A stretch of 64,000 nt of DNA from an uncultured Chloroflexia bacterium (GTDB lineage Bacteria; Chloroflexota; Limnocylindria; Limnocylindrales; CSP1-4), in NCBI GenBank assembly GCA_963704145.1, contig CAVPHB010000006.1:686624-750623 (forward strand), read 5' to 3'. Numbering within the stretch: position 1 is the first letter of the stretch; the number at the start of each line of letters is the position of its first letter. This document shows positions 11,754 to 23,272 of the stretch, piece by piece. The notes under the pieces were generated by a model, which was given only the letters and a program-made list of their open reading frames with translations, was not told the origin of the DNA and ran no database searches. The translations under genes and the position numbers were made by a program.

Positions 11754-13016
11754 GAGTCCGATTCGGCGGGTTCGGGCGCGGGCGGTGCGTCGGGCGTGGG
11801 ATCCCGCCCGGCGGTCGTTTCGGGTGCCGGCTCGGCGGGCACGCCGGCACCACCGACGGCGACCGAGGGCGGGGTCGGATGCGTACTGCGCGGCCCTCAC
11901 GTTCGCCCACCCGACGTGCGGCACGCGAGGTGACGTCGCGCGGCAGCTTCGGCGTTGCGCGTCAGGAAGTGCTGGAAGAAGGCGGCCATGATCGCGGCGA
12001 ACGGCAGGGCGAAGATCGCGCCGGCGATGCCGGCCAGCTTCAGGCCGAGCAGGACCGCGATCAGCACCACCACCGGGTGGATGCCGACAGCGTGGCCATC
12101 ACGCTCGGCACGACGAGGTTGGTCACCACGAACCAGCCGATGCCCATCACGATCAGCGTCGGGACGACCATCGTCGGTCTCGGTCAGGACCGCCACCACG
12201 ACCGGCGGCGCCCACGAGAAGAACGGGCCGAAGAACGGGATCGCCTGGAGCACGCCCGACCAGGGCCGTCGAGGCGGGCAGGAAATCGAGCCCAAAGGCG
12301 AAGTGCGCCACCGCCGCGATCATCGCCATGAGCAGGGCCTGGATGGCCTGGCCGCGGATGAAACCGCCGAACGATGTCGAGACGCTGGTCTCGAACAGCC
12401 GCGCGGTTTCGTTGTAACGCGGCGGTACGAGCCGGTTGATGTAGGCCAGCAGGCGGTCCTTGTCGAGCACGATGAACAGCGACAGGAAGATGATGATCAG
12501 CAGGTTGCCGACGATGCCCAGGCTGAACAGGGCCAGATCCCTGAGCGGCCCGACGAGCTTGTCGCCCAGGTCGCCCAGGTTGTCCAGGACGTCTCGTGCG
12601 GCCGCAACGAGGTCGATCTGGAAGCCCAGGCCCTGCAGGGCGCCCTGCACGCCGGAGAGGATTTCCGGCAGACGCGCCTGGAGGCTGGGCAGGTCGCGCA
12701 CGAAGTTGCCGATCGAGTTGGCCAGGCTGCCGGCGACGACGAGCGTGACCCAGCTCAAGCCGAGGAACAGCGCGAGATAGATCAATGCGACCACTGCGAC
12801 CCGCGGCAGCCTGGGAAAGGCGCGCATGACGAGGCCGATCAGCGGCGACAGGATGAACGCCAGCAGCCATGCCAGCAGCAGTACGAGCAGGATGTCGCTG
12901 AAGTAGACGAGGATGACGCTGACCTGGGCGACCAGGACGAGCGCCAGCACCAGCGTGCCGAGCACCAGCGCGGCGTGAAGCCAGCGGCGCTCAGACTCGG
13001 GCAGCTGGATCTCCAT
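11750..13016 (-). CDS. AI-2E (PerM/UPF0118) family transporter, frameshifted
   Basis: Hydrophobic helices; AFILSP, FIRGQ, IPFFGP, GIHPVVVLIAVLLG..LAGIAGAIFALP. Confidence 0.85.
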
Positions 13017-13086
13017 CAGGGGTTGAGTCTAGAGGAGGACGGGGAGCCATACCGGAGCGCTGGCGCCGCCACCGGAGACACAGCTG

Positions 13087-13222
13087 GCGGCAGAAGTCGC
13101 CATGTGGGACCTGGTTGCGCGCGCCGAGCCGCACCATGTGCCAGGCGTGCGGGTTGAGCGACATGTGGCTCAAGATGGCGCGGGTCGGGCGACAGCAGGT
13201 CGCTATATCGGACATTTGGCGC
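13087..13222. repeat. Orphan copy of the 135-bp three-module palindromic element
   Basis: GTN-N9/10-GAC cores at 13096, 13147 and 13199; about 80% identical (manual alignment) to the reverse complement of 53420-53572. Confidence 0.85.
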
Positions 13223-13235
13223 GAAGAAGTAGAGC

Positions 13236-14216
13236 CTAGCGCGGGCCGAGGCCCATCCGATGGTGGACTTCGCGCATCGTCTCGGCCGCTAACGGGGCCA
13301 GCCTGTCGGCACCGGCGCGCAGCACGTCCTCGACGTAATCGGGGCGTGCCTCCAGGTCGCGGCGGTGCTCGCGTGCCTCGGCGAAGAAAGCGATGATCCG
13401 GTCGGCCAGCAGCTTCTTGGTGTCGACGCAGCCGGTCCGTGCCGTGCGCTCGCCCTCCCAGGTGTGCTCGTAGTCGTCGCCGAAGAAGCGGTGCAGCTGG
13501 CACACGTTGCACACCTCGGGCCGGCCGGGCTGGGTGCGCAGGATGCGCTGCGTGTCGGTGACCATGCTCGTGACCTGCTTGCGGATGGTGTCCTGGTCGG
13601 CCAGGATCTCGATCGCGTTGCCGAGCGACTTGGACATCTTCTGCCCCCCGTCGGTGCCCAGGATGACCGGCGAATTGGTGAACACCGCCGCGGGCTCGAC
13701 GAAGTATTCGCCGTAGCGCCGATTCCAGGCGCGGACAATCTCGCGCGCCAGTTCGAGATGGGCGGCCTGGTCCTTGCCGACCGGCACGCGCCGGGCATGG
13801 TAGATGGCAATGTCGGCCGTCTGCAGCACGGGGTAGGTGAGCAGGGCGTGGTTGATGTCATCCGGCTGGTCGCGCTTCTTTTCCTTGAAGCTCGGCGTGC
13901 GCTCGACCCAGCTGACCGGCACAACCGTCGAGAAGAGGTAGGCCAGCTCGGCGTGCTCGGGCCGATCCGACTGGCGGAACAGGATGGCTCGCTCGGGGTC
14001 AAGTCCCAGGGCGAGCAGAGTGACCGCCATCTCGTGCGTGTTGCGCCGGATGCTCTCGGCCTCGTGGGTCGAGGTCAGCGCGTGGTAGTCGACGATGCAA
14101 TAGATCGCGTCGCCGCCTTCCTGGAGCGCGATGTAGTTACGGATCGCGCCCAGGTAGTTGCCCAGGTGCGGCAAGCCGGAAGGCTGGATGCCCGAGAAGA
14201 CTCGATCGGCTGTCAT
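13236..14216 (-). CDS. trpS: Tryptophan--tRNA ligase
   Basis: FSGIQPSG, HLGNY, YPVLQTADI, VPVGKDQ, KMSKS. Confidence 0.95.
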   Translation of the reverse strand: MTADRVFSGIQPSGLPHLGNYLGAIRNYIALQEGGDAIYCIVDYHALTSTHEAESIRRNTHEMAVTLLALGLDPERAILFRQSDRPEHAELAYLFSTVVPVSWVERTPSFKEKKRDQPDDINHALLTYPVLQTADIAIYHARRVPVGKDQAAHLELAREIVRAWNRRYGEYFVEPAAVFTNSPVILGTDGGQKMSKSLGNAIEILADQDTIRKQVTSMVTDTQRILRTQPGRPEVCNVCQLHRFFGDDYEHTWEGERTARTGCVDTKKLLADRIIAFFAEAREHRRDLEARPDYVEDVLRAGADRLAPLAAETMREVHHRMGLGPR

Positions 14217-14282
14217 CGCCGGCCGAGTGTAGCCGCGCCTGCGGGCCCAGGCAGCCCGCCTGTCACAATCTTGGCCATGCGC

Positions 14283-15397
14283 ATGAGTGACGTCCTGCGC
14301 CAGCTCCGCCAGCAGCGCACGACCGCCGACGCGCGGCCGCGGCTGATGGAGCGCTACGCAGCGTTCCTGCCGGTCAGCGGCCAGACGCCGAACATCTCGC
14401 TGGGCGAGGGCTACACGCCGCTCGTCCATGCGCGCAACCTGGGCCGGCTGATCGGCTGCCCGTTGCTCCATCTGAAGGTCGAGGGCGCCAACCCGACCGG
14501 CTCGTTCAAGGACCGCGGCATGGTCGTCGCGGTGGCCAAGGCGCTCGAGGCGGGCGCGCGCGCGATCGTGTGCGCCTCGACCGGCAACACCGCCGCCTCG
14601 GCCGCGGCCTACGGCGCCGCCGCCGGGCTGGAGGTCGTCGTCGTGTTGCCCGGGGGCCAGATCGCGGCGGGCAAGCTGCTCCAGGCGCAGATCTGCGGCG
14701 CGCGCGTGGTCGCGGTCGACGGCAACTTCGACCAGGCGCTGGCGGCCGTGCGCGAGCTGGTCGAGGGCGCCGACTCGACCGACCGCCGGTGACGCTCGTC
14801 AACTCGGTCAACCCGCACCGCCTGGCCGGCCAGAAGACGGCGGCGTTCGAGGTCTGCGAGGACCTCGGCGGCGCGCCCGACTACCTCGCCATCCCGGTGG
14901 GCAACGCGGGCAACATCAGCGCCTACTGGCAGGGCTTCACCGACTACCGCGACGCGGGCCTGGTCGAGACGCGACCCGCGATGCTCGGCTTCCAGGCGGC
15001 CGGCGCGGCGCCGCTCGTCGTCGGCACCCCGGTTGAGGAGCCGCAGACTGTGGCCACGGCGATTCGCATCGGCAATCCGGCCAGTGCGGCGCAAGGCGCT
15101 CCGGGCGCGCGACGAATCGGGCGGCGTGATCGAGGCCGTCACCGACGACGAGATCCTGGCCGCCTACCGTGACCTGGCCCGCTACGAGGGCATCTTCTGT
15201 GAGCCGGCCTCGGCTGCGTCGGTCGCCGGCGTGCGCAAGATGGCCGCCGCCGGCCGAATTGATCCGGGCACGACAATCGTGTGCGTGCTGACCGGTCACG
15301 GCCTGAAGGATCCCGACACGGCCGCTGCGCACGGTCGTGCCGACGCTCCAAGCCGCCCCGAAGCGCGGCCGGCGTTCGCGAGGCCCTGGGCTGGTGA
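14283..15397 (+). CDS. thrC: Threonine synthase, frameshifted near 14785, 15090 and 15340
   Basis: [53 protein letters not shown]. Confidence 0.93.
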
Positions 15398-16349
15398 GCA
15401 AACCGCGGCTGCGCTTCCGGCCCATCCGAGTCGAGGCGCCCGCCTCGAGCGGCCAATCTCGGCCCAGGCTTCGACAGCCTCGCCCTCGCGCTCGATCTGC
15501 AGCTGCGCGTGACGGTCACCCCGCTCGAAGCCGGCGCCGAGCAGCTCATCGTCGAAGGGGAGGGCGCCGACGAGATCGGCCTCGATGCCGGAAACCGATT
15601 CCTGATCGGGCTCGAGCACGGCCTGCAGGAGTTCGGCCTCGAGCCGCCGGTGATGCGCATCGAGATGGACAACCAGATCCCGCTCGCGCGCGGCCTCGGC
15701 TCGTCGGCCGCGGCCTGCGTCGCCGGGTTGCTGGCGGCCCAGGCAATGGCCGGCGCTGCCCTGGGCGCGGACCGGCTGCACGCGCATCGCAGCCGAGATC
15801 GACGGCCACCCCGACAACGTCGGGGCGGCGCTGCTGGGCGGTTTCGTCGTCGTTGCGCGCGATGCCGCGGGCATGCCCAGCGCGACGCGCTTCGACCCGC
15901 CCGGCTCGCTCGAGGCGGCCCTGTTCATCCCCGATCTAGCGCTGCGCACGGCCGAGATGCGCGCCGCACTGCCCGCGCACGTGCCGCATGCGCGACGCCG
16001 CGCACAACGTTGGCCGAGCGGCGCTGGTCGTCGCGGCGCTGACCGCCGATCGGACTCGAGCTGCTCGGCGCCATGGGCGAGGACCGGCTGCACGAGCCCT
16101 ACCGCACGGCGCACTTCCCTGCAGCTGCCCGCGCTCGTCGCGGCGGCCGCGGGCCGCCGGTGCGCGCGGGGCGGCACTGTCCGGTGCCGGCTCGACCGTG
16201 CTCGCCCTGTGCGACGACGCCGAGGTGGCCGAAGAGGTCGGCCGCGCCATGGCCGCGCGCGGCCGAGCGGCTTGGACTCGGCCGGCCGCGCGGCCGTGGT
16301 CCGCCCGGCCGTCCACGGCGCGCGCGAGCTCGCCGCGGCCGCGCGGTGA
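15394..16349 (+). CDS. thrB: Homoserine kinase, frameshifted
   Basis: PASSANLGPGFD, IPLARGLGSSAA, GHPDN, DRLHEPYR, LSGAGST across frames. Confidence 0.9.
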
Positions 16350-17148
16350 CGTTCCCCGCCCGGCTCGAGCGATTTCGCGCGAGGTCGACTCGACCCAGCG
16401 CGTGGTGCGCGAGTGGCTGGCCGCCGGGCAGGCCGAGGTGGCCGTCGCCGTCGCCGACGCACCAGACCGCGCGGCCGCGGCCGACAGGGCCGGAATGGCT
16501 CGCGCCGCCCGGCGCAGGTCTGCTGCTGTCGGTGGGCTTCCGGCCCGGTGAGCCTGGCCGCCGCGCCACGCCTGGCGCCTGGCGGCCATCGTGGCGCTGG
16601 CGATGCGCGATGCGGCGGAGGAGGCAGCCGGGCTTGCCGGACGGGCACGCTGTGGCTCAAGTGGCCCAACGACCTGGTCGCCGAGGCGGGGGGCCACGGC
16701 AGGGGGGCGCCTGCTCAAGGTCGGCGGCGTGCTGGGCGAATCGGTCCATGTCGGGCGAGCGTGTCGAATCCGCCGCGGTCGGGCATCGGCATCAACAGCG
16801 ACTGGCAGGCGGCCGACTTCCCGTCGGGCTCTGGCACGCGCCGATGACCAGCCTGCACGAGCTTTCCGGCGGCCGGCCGATCGACAACGACTGAGCTGCT
16901 CGACGCCTTCCTGGCCCGCCTCGAGCCGCGCTACGAGGCGCTGCACCGCGGGCCTGTTCGACGCCGGCGGCTGGTCCGTGGCGCAGATCACGACCGGCCG
17001 CCAGGTGGACGTCGATCTGGGCGGCGAGTCGGTTCGAGGGATAGCTGCCGGCGTCGATCCGGAGAGCGGTGCTCTGCTGCTGACCGGCGACGACGGCGTC
17101 GAGCGGGGGATCGACAGCGGTGAGGTCATTCGCTGCCGGCTGGCCTGA
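16346..17148 (+). CDS. birA: Biotin--[acetyl-CoA-carboxylase] ligase, frameshifted
   Basis: VDSTQ, QT.GRGR.GR.W, LKWPNDL, KVGGVL, GIGIN, GVDPESGALLL. Confidence 0.88.
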
Positions 17149-17243
17149 CCGCGCCCAGGCGCTGTTGGCATCCATGGATGGCGATCGGGCGGGCTTGGTG
17201 TAACGGGTAGACTTCGACCGGTGTTGAGGAGAGGGAAGGACCG

Positions 17244-17850
17244 TGTGCCGGTCTGGTCAATGACGTCGACCGCTCCGCCGTGGAGGCGGCTCGACGCGAT
17301 CCGCGCGCCTTCGAGGCGCTTTATCGGAAGTACGTCGCCCAGGTGTACAACTTCGCGCTCTACGAGCTCCGTGACCAGCACGCCGCCGAGGACCTGACCG
17401 CCCAGGTCTTCCTGCGCGCGCTGGCCGGCCTGCGCCACTTCCACGAGCAGGCGAGCCGGCCCCTGACAGCAGCTTCCGCGTCTGGCTCTTCCAGATCGCG
17501 CGCAACGCGCTGGCGAACGAGCGCCGACGGATGCGTCGCCATCCCCAGGCGGTCACTCGACGCTGCCCTTCGAGATGCCCGCCGCGGACGATGTCCAGGC
17601 CACCGTGCGCCGAGCGCGCCGAGGTGCGCGCGGCGCTGGCGGCGATTGATCGTTGCCGGCCGATCGGCGCCGCGCGCTGGTCCTGCGCTTCGTGAACGAG
17701 ATGAGCACGCGCGAGATCGGCCAGGTGCTGGGCCGCTCGGAGGGCGCCACGCGCGTGCTGATCCATCGCTCCCTGCAGGCCGTGGCGCGGTCAACTTGGC
17801 CGCGGCCGCGCGCGCGAAGACGCGGCGGAGCGCAGGCGCGCGCGAATTGA
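17244..17850 (+). CDS. ECF-family RNA polymerase sigma factor, frameshifted
   Basis: [57 protein letters not shown]. Confidence 0.88.
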
Positions 17851-18209
17851 TGTTCCGCGAAGCCGAAGAGGGGCCGATCCAGAGCGACGCGTACATCGAC
17901 GCGCTGCTCAGCGGCCACGCGCGCCTGCCGGTCCCGCTGCCGGCGCTCCGGAGCGCGCCATCGCCCAGCGTGCGCGCACGTCATCCGGCTGCTCGAGCGT
18001 GGGCATGCCGCGTTTCCATCCGTCGTTCCTGTTCGAGGAGCGCCTGGCCGAGCAGCTGCGCGAGGCCCGACCTAGGACGGTCCGTGTCAGCGCCGCGAGC
18101 GTCATCGACCGGCGCGTCGCTGATCAGGCGGCGCGATCGCGTCCGGCGTGTCGACTCGCCGGCGCGGCGATGTGGGCCTGGCGCGCAGCCGGCGCGACGG
18201 CTCGAGTAG
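17850..18209 (+). CDS. Small membrane-anchored hypothetical protein, candidate anti-sigma factor, frameshifted
   Basis: TGATG coupling to the sigma gene; [17 protein letters not shown] followed by a C-terminal hydrophobic segment ending AGAAMWAWR. Confidence 0.5.
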   Translation: MFREAEEGPIQSDAYIDALLSGHARLPVPLPALRSAPSPSVRARHPAARAWACRVSIRRSCSRSAWPSSCARPDLGRSVSAPRASSTGASLIRRRDRVRRVDSPARRCGPGAQPARRLE

Positions 18210-18221
18210 GGCAGGCCAGAC

Positions 18222-19138
18222 ATGCCCATCAAGCTGCCCTTCGGTGGTCGTCGCGAGTCTACCCGACCAACCTGTGGACGCGCTGTCCCGATTGCCAGGA
18301 GATGCTCTACAACAAGCAGCTCGACAAGAACCAGCGCATCTGCCCGCGCTGCGGCCATCACTTCCGGCTGCGCGTCGACGCGCGCATTGCGCTGCTGCTC
18401 GACCGCGACAGCTTCCGCGAGCAGGACGCCGGGCTCGAGTCGGTCGACATGCTCGGGCTTCGTCGACCAGAAGCCGTACCCGGAACGTCTCGCGGCGGCG
18501 CGCAGGTCGGCGACCGGCATCCGCGACGCGGCGGTGTGGGGCACGGGCACCATCGCCGGCACGCGCGTCGCGCGTGTGCGTCATGGACTTCGCCTTCATG
18601 GGCGGTTCGATGGGCACGGTCGTCGGCGAGAAGGTCACCCGCGCCGCCGAGCACGCCTCGAGCCGAGCGGCTGCCGTTGATCATCGTTTCCGCGTCGGGC
18701 GGTGCGCGGATGCAGGAGGGCACGCTGTCGCTGATGCAGCTGGCCAAGACGTGCGCCGCCCTGGGCCGGCTGGCCGACGCCGGCGTGCCGTACATCAGCT
18801 TGTTGACCGACCCGACCACCGGCGGCGTCTTCGCGTCGTTCGCCGCGCTGGGCGACATCAACATCGCCGAGCCGCAAGGCGCTCATCGGCTTCGCCGGCG
18901 CACGGGTGGCGGCCGGCACTATCGCCGAGAGTTGCCCGAGGGCTTCCAGCGCGCCGAGTTCCTGTTCGAGCACGGCTTCGTCGACCTGGTCGTGCCGCGC
19001 GCCCGAGCTGCGCGAGACGCTTGCTCGGGCTGCTGCGCTACATGCGCCCGGCGCCGCGAGGTCGGCGGCAACGGCGTATCGCCGCTCGGCCGCTCGCCGG
19101 CGCTTGAAGCAGCTCCCGGCGAGCCGATCCGTGGCTGA
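18222..19138 (+). CDS. accD: Acetyl-CoA carboxylase carboxyltransferase beta subunit, frameshifted
   Basis: [48 protein letters not shown]. Confidence 0.93.
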
Positions 19139-20128
19139 GCAGCCCGTGGCCGCCGAGGAGACTGCGAGGCGGCCGTCTGGCTGCGCGTCCAGCAGGCGCG
19201 CAACGTCAAGCGCCCGCACACGCTCGAGCTGGTCCGCGCTGATGGCGACCGAGGTCATCGAGCTGCATGGCGACCGGCTGTTCCGCGACGACCCGGCGAT
19301 CGTCGGTGGCTTCTGCCGCATCGACGGCCGGCGCGCCGTCTTCGTCGGCCACCAGAAGGGCGCCGAGACCGACGAGAACATCCGGCGCAACTTCGGCATG
19401 CCCCACCCCGAGGGCTACCGCAAGGCGATCCGGCTGTTCCGGCTGGCCGAGCGCCTGCAGCTGCCGGTGGTGACCTTCGTCGACACGCCGGGCGCCTTCC
19501 CCGGGCCCGCCTCAGAGGAGCGCGGCGTGGCCGAGGCGATCGCCCGCTCGATCATGGTCATGACTGGCCTGCGGACGCCGATCGTGACTGTCATCACCGG
19601 CGAGGGCGGTTCGGGCGGCGCGCTGGCGCTGGCCGTCGGCGACGTCGTCCTCGCGCTCGAGAACTCGATCTACTCGGTCATCAGCCCGGAGGGCGCCGCG
19701 AGCATCCTGTGGCGCTCGGCCGAGTTCTCGCAGCAGGCGGCGGTGGCCATGCGCCTGACTGCCGCCGAGCAGCTCGCGCTGGGCGTGATCGACGAGGTCG
19801 TGCCCGAGCCGGCCGGCGGCGCGCACGTTCATCCCGACGAGACCGCCAAGCGCTGCGCACTCGGATCGCCGCACACCTCGACACTCTCGCCGGACGCGAC
19901 CGGCAAGCTGCTGCTCGACGCGCGCTACGCGCGCTATCGCCAGATGGGCGAGTTCGCCACGGTGACGCCACACGGGCGAGCCGCGGCCCGACCGGCCGGG
20001 CCTGGTCGATCGCATCCGCCAGATGCTCGATAGCGGTCGCGCCGCGCTGGTCGGCGAGGCCGTGCTGCCGTCAGAGTGCGGCCGATCAGCGGATGACTGA
20101 AGTCCGCACCCTGCGCGAGGACGTCTAG
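19131..20128 (+). CDS. accA: Acetyl-CoA carboxylase carboxyltransferase alpha subunit, frameshifted
   Basis: [48 protein letters not shown]. Confidence 0.93.
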
Positions 20129-20131
20129 GCG

Positions 20132-20661
20132 ATGGCGACACGAAGACACCGACCGCGCGCACCATCGCTCGGCTGGCCGACGAGATGGTGCCGACGCTGA
20201 TCGAGCGGCTGGCCGGCAGCGAGCTGGGCGAGCTCGAGGTGCGCGAGGACGGCTGGCGCGATCAGGCTGCGCCGACCGACCCTGTTGCCGACGTCAGCGA
20301 CGCCGACGTGATGGCCACGGCGCGGTCGGTGCGAGCGGGGCGGGCAGGACTCGCCGCGGACGCCGGCACACGCCCGCGAGTCACCAGCCAGCCTGCGAGC
20401 GACGCCGGGCGCACGGAGCCGGCGCGCGGCCTGATCACCTCACCGGCGGTCGGCTACTTCGCCCCGCGCGACGGCGTGGCCGTTGGCGGCCGGTTGCGCA
20501 GCGGCGACGCGATCGGCCATGTCGACATGCTGGGCGTGCGCCACGAGGTCGTCAGCCCGATCGACGGGATGCTCCGGACGATCGAGGTCGAGGCCGGCCA
20601 GGCGGTCGAATACGGCCAGCCGATCGCGCGCCTGGTAGCCCGATGTTTAGCCAGATCCTGA
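20132..20661 (+). CDS. BCCP-like biotinyl-domain protein lacking the biotinylation lysine (BADC-like)
   Basis: [14 protein letters not shown]-terminus, [25 protein letters not shown] (DMLG in place of EAMK), VEYGQP. Confidence 0.8.
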
Positions 20662-22011
20662 TCGCCAACCGGGGCGAGATCGCGCTGCGCATCGTGCGCG
20701 CCTGCCGGCGCATGGGGATCACCTCGGTCGTCGCCTACAGCGAGGCCGATCGCGACTCGCGCGCCGTGCAGCTGGCCGACGAGGCAATCTGCATCGGACC
20801 GGCCGAGTCACGGCGCAGCTACCTGTCCGCGCCGGCGCTGCTGTCGGCCGCGCTGGTCTCCGGCTGCGACGCGATCCATCCCGGGTTACGGCTTCCTGTC
20901 CGAGGACGACACGTTCGCCGAGATGACGCGCGCCCATGGCCTGGACTTCATCGGCCCGCCGCCCGAGGTGCTCGAGCGCTTCGCCTCAAAGGCCGGCACA
21001 CGCACGCTTCTGGCCAAGCACGGCCTGCCCACGATACCCGGCTCGGGCATGCTGCGCGACGACGGCCACGCCCTGACCGAGGCGGACAAGATCGGCTACC
21101 CGGTGCTGCTCAAGCCGTCGGCCGGCGGCGGCGGCAAGGGAATGCGCATGGTCCGCTCGCCGCGCGAGCTGCAGCAGGCCATCACCGTGTGTCGATCCGA
21201 AGCCCAGGCGGCCTTCGGTGACGACTCGCTCTACCTCGAGAAGTGGCTCGAGGAGAACCGCCACGTCGAGGTCCAGGTCATCGTCGACCGCTACGGCAAC
21301 GGCGTCCACGTCGGCGAGCGCGACTGCTCGGTCCAGCGCCGCCACCAGAAGCTGGTCGAGGAGGCGCCCAGCCCGGCGCTCGACGACGGCCGGCGCGAGG
21401 CGCTGGCCGAGGAGGCCCTGCGGGCCGTCGTCGCCGCCGGCTACGAGAACCTGGGCACGCTCGAGTTCCTGCTCGACCGAGACGGCAACTACTACTTCAT
21501 CGAGATCAACTGCCGCATCCAGGTTGAGCACCCGGTGACCGAGATGCTGTCCGGGCTCGATCTCGTCGCCGAGCAGATCCGCATCGCCGCCGGCGAGCCG
21601 CTCGGCTACAGCCAGGTCGACGTCGTTCGGCGCGGCCATGCGATCGAGTTCCGCATCAACGCTGAAGACACCGAGAACGACTTCCGGCCACAGGCCGGGC
21701 TGATCGAAAGCTATCTGCCGCCGGGTGGGCCGGGCGTGCGCATGGACAGCCACCTGTACAGCGGCTACGACGTGCCGCCGTACTACGATTCGCTGCTCGG
21801 CAAGCTCATCGTCTGGGGACCAGATCGGGCGGCGGCGATCGCCCGCTCGCGCCAGGCGCTGGACGAGCTGATCGTCGACGGCGTGGTAACCAACGTGCCG
21901 CTGCACAAGGCGCTATTGCAGCACCGTGCCTTCCTTGACGGTGAGTTCACCACCAACCTGCTCGATCGCGTCGGCAGCGCCGCCTTTCTGGCCGCCGCCC
22001 GCGCCGCCTGA
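20643..22011 (+). CDS. accC: Biotin carboxylase, frameshifted near 20885
   Basis: [58 protein letters not shown]. Confidence 0.95.
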
Positions 22012-22036
22012 GCCCGCGTGAGACAGGAGAATCGCA

Positions 22037-22520
22037 TTGACCGACGCCACTGACGCCCTGCGCCGCGAGGGCGTGGTGCTGAGCGCCAGCCAGATCCAGA
22101 AGCTGATCCCGCACCGCTGGCCGTTCCTGCTCGTCGACCGCATCGTCGAGTACGACCCGCAGCGCTCATACATCCGCGGCGAAAAGGCAGTGACCGTCGA
22201 GCGAGTGGTTCTTCCAGGGCCACTTCCCGGGCTTGCCGGTGATGCCCGGCGTCCTGCAGGTCGAGGCGCTGGCCCAGACGATGGCCGTCTACGTCGCGCA
22301 GCAGGAAGGCTTCGGCGATCGGATCGGGCTGTTCGCGGGCATCGACGAGTGCCGCTTCAAGCGCGTCGTCCAACCCGGCGACCGGCTGACGCTCGAAGTG
22401 ACCATGGACAAGCTCGGCCGGCGCTTTGGGCGAGGTCGGGCGGTGGCCAGTGTCGATGGCGAGGTGTGCTGCGAGGCGACCATCTCGTTCGTCATCCCGG
22501 GCGAAGGGGCGCTCGGCTGA
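22037..22520 (+). CDS. fabZ: 3-hydroxyacyl-ACP dehydratase, frameshifted near 22200
   Basis: IPHRWPFLLVDR, GHFPG.PVMPGVLQVEALAQ, FKRVVQPGD. Confidence 0.93.
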
Positions 22521-23272
22521 TGGCACTCCGGCTGGCTGTGCTGGGTGACATCCACGGCAACCTTCTTGCACTTGAGGCGGCCCTGGCCGACATCAAGCGC
22601 CACAAGCCCGACCGGCTGCTGATCACGGGCGACCTGCTGCTCAACGGTCCGCGGCCGGCGGAGGTGCTCGACCGGGTGCGCGCGCTGGATGCCAAAGGCG
22701 CGTTCGTGGTGATGGGCAACACCGACGTGGCCGTGGCCGACTTCGACTACGCCGCCGCCTTTCCGTGGTTCGATGAGGTGCCGGCGAGTCAAAGCGCGGC
22801 CGCCGAGTGGGCCCACGCACAGCTGTCTGACGAGCAGCTCGACTACCTGAGCCGGCTGCCGTCCGAACGGCGGCTGTGGGCCGGCCAGCAGCTGGTGCTG
22901 GTCTGCCATGGCTCGCCGGGCAGCATGACCGCCGGCCTGTCCACGGACCTCGACCCGACCGTCACCGTCGAGCGCGCCACGCGCACCGACGCACGGGTCA
23001 TCGCCTGCGGTCACACCCACATCGCCGATGTGCGCGAGCTGGGACGCAAGCTGATCGTCAATCCCGGCTCGTGCGGCTACGCCTTCGACGGCGACGCGGC
23101 CGCCTGCTGGGCGTTGCTGACGCTGCCCGACGACGAGGACGGTGCCCCGACGGCCGAGCTGTTTCGGCCGCCCTACGACGCACACGCCGCGGCCGAGGAG
23201 GTCGGCGCGCGCGGCTTGCCGGGCGACGTGTATCGCGCAGCGACCATTCGCACCGGCAGACACGTGCGATGA
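22520..23272 (+). CDS. Calcineurin-like metallophosphoesterase (YfcE-like)
   Basis: DIHGN, GDLL, GNTD, HG, GHTH, NPGS motifs. Confidence 0.88.
   Translation: MALRLAVLGDIHGNLLALEAALADIKRHKPDRLLITGDLLLNGPRPAEVLDRVRALDAKGAFVVMGNTDVAVADFDYAAAFPWFDEVPASQSAAAEWAHAQLSDEQLDYLSRLPSERRLWAGQQLVLVCHGSPGSMTAGLSTDLDPTVTVERATRTDARVIACGHTHIADVRELGRKLIVNPGSCGYAFDGDAAACWALLTLPDDEDGAPTAELFRPPYDAHAAAEEVGARGLPGDVYRAATIRTGRHVR

Noticed and set aside
14283-22520. Pseudogenes or programmed frameshifts in thrC, thrB, birA, accD, accA, accC and fabZ (also polX, mgtE, moaA)
   Set aside because: Indels are dense, clustered and hit essential genes whose motifs are intact. This is most consistent with long-read sequencing error.
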